Of a stretch of 64,000 bases of DNA, positions 63,021 through 64,000 are shown piece by piece. This stretch comes from Octopus vulgaris (lineage: Eukaryota). The stretch is taken from assembly GCA_951406725.2 (NCBI GenBank), contig OX597814.1, forward strand, positions 207,886,001-207,950,000. Reading direction: 5' to 3'. Made by a program: the position numbers and the translations under genes. The first letter of the stretch is position 1, and each line of letters opens with the position of its first letter. Under the pieces are notes generated by a model. That model made no database searches. It was not told the DNA's origin and saw nothing but the letters and a program-made list of their open reading frames with translations.

Positions 63021-63685
63021 TCTATAATACATTAAAAATCAGCTTGAATCTTGCTTGCTTGCTTGCAATGTTGCCCAGCCAAACTGGTACATAATGGGAA
63101 AATGCTATAAATTAAGTTTACCCTGAAATGTTAATACGAACAGAATAAACAAGTTTCGCATAAATTGGATATGTAGTTTTAGAGATATTAGAGGTTATTG
63201 GGTATAAATACTCAAAATGATGCATAATGGGAAAATATTCTGAAAATAATCTTAATCCTGAAAAGGAAGAAACTCTTATCTTTCAATTAGACACAGTGAC
63301 TTGAAAACAAAAAATAAGAGTTTTTTTACAGTAAATGTTTCTATTTTTGTTTTTGTTAGACACAGTATTTTAACCATTTAGAAATATTTTTAAGTGAATG
63401 TGATTTCAAAAATGTAAGTTGTTTGTACAGTAAGTATTTATATTTTAGCCTTCTTTAAGCAGACAATATTTTAATGTTATTTTTAAATTATTTTCAGGTG
63501 AATACCATTACAAAACATTTTTTTGGCATATTTAAAAATAATATTTCAAAGTGAAAATGACTTTAAAAATACAGTAAATATTTTGTAAAAGATCCATTCA
63601 TAACCTCGCTGTGAAATATTTTTTTCAATAGTTTTTTTTTTCCGAATGCATTCAACGTATCTCACACCTAAAGATTTAGCTGCTA
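63021..63685 (+). mobile_element. Second copy of probable Helitron H2
   Basis: A|TCTATAATAC start; homologous to 27545-28030. Confidence 0.55.
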
Positions 63686-64000
63686 TGTGCGCGAGAAGAC
63701 CCGGCAGGACAAGTGAGTCCATAACCCGTGGCCTTCTACATGGGATGGAGCCAGCCTACGTATGCATACCTTCCCTTCTTGGGACACAAAACTCTACTTG
63801 TGAAGACGTGTTGAGGCAAGTGAGGATCAGAATCGAAATCGATCAATGGAAATTGCGGATGTGCTACCAGTGCCGGTGGCATGTCGAAACTCTGCTTGTG
63901 AAGACCCGTTGAGGCAAGTGAGGATCAGAATCGAAATCGATCAATGGAAATCGATCAATGGAAATTGCAGATGTGTTACCAGTGCCGGTGGCATGTAAGA
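63683..64000 (+). mobile_element. RTE LINE 3' UTR (runs off the window)
   Basis: Homologous to 47455-47660 and 48950-49115. Confidence 0.7.

Overview
AT-rich, repeat-dense animal genomic DNA, most consistent with an octopod cephalopod (inferred from recall of the SINE/LINE/microsatellite landscape, not from a search). Two spliced genes lie on the minus strand. (1) GMPPA (mannose-1-phosphate guanylyltransferase alpha): 9 coding exons from ATG 35067 down to 319 give 331 codons, with every junction GT-AG and in phase; the gene continues past the left edge. (2) The last 8 exons (59443 to stop at 41566; 728 codons including the stop) of an axonemal outer-arm beta-type dynein heavy chain (DNAH9/11/17 group). 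Introns are filled with tRNA-headed SINEs, about 18 RTE-LINE 3' ends, CR1-type LINE fragments, mariner relics, hAT/piggyBac/Tc1 MITEs, non-autonomous Helitrons and long microsatellites. Most notable non-genic signals: an array of structure-conserved double-hairpin units in the RTE 3' UTR; fold-back elements carrying hammerhead-like cores; a tandem duplication whose junction holds a templated copy of DNA from 5 kb away; a retroposon tail stacked three times in GMPPA intron 1; and inverted repeat pairs that could form dsRNA. One segment (about 40.0-40.25 kb) looks like an assembly consensus chimera. No prokaryote-type system (CRISPR, TnpB/Fanzor) was seen.
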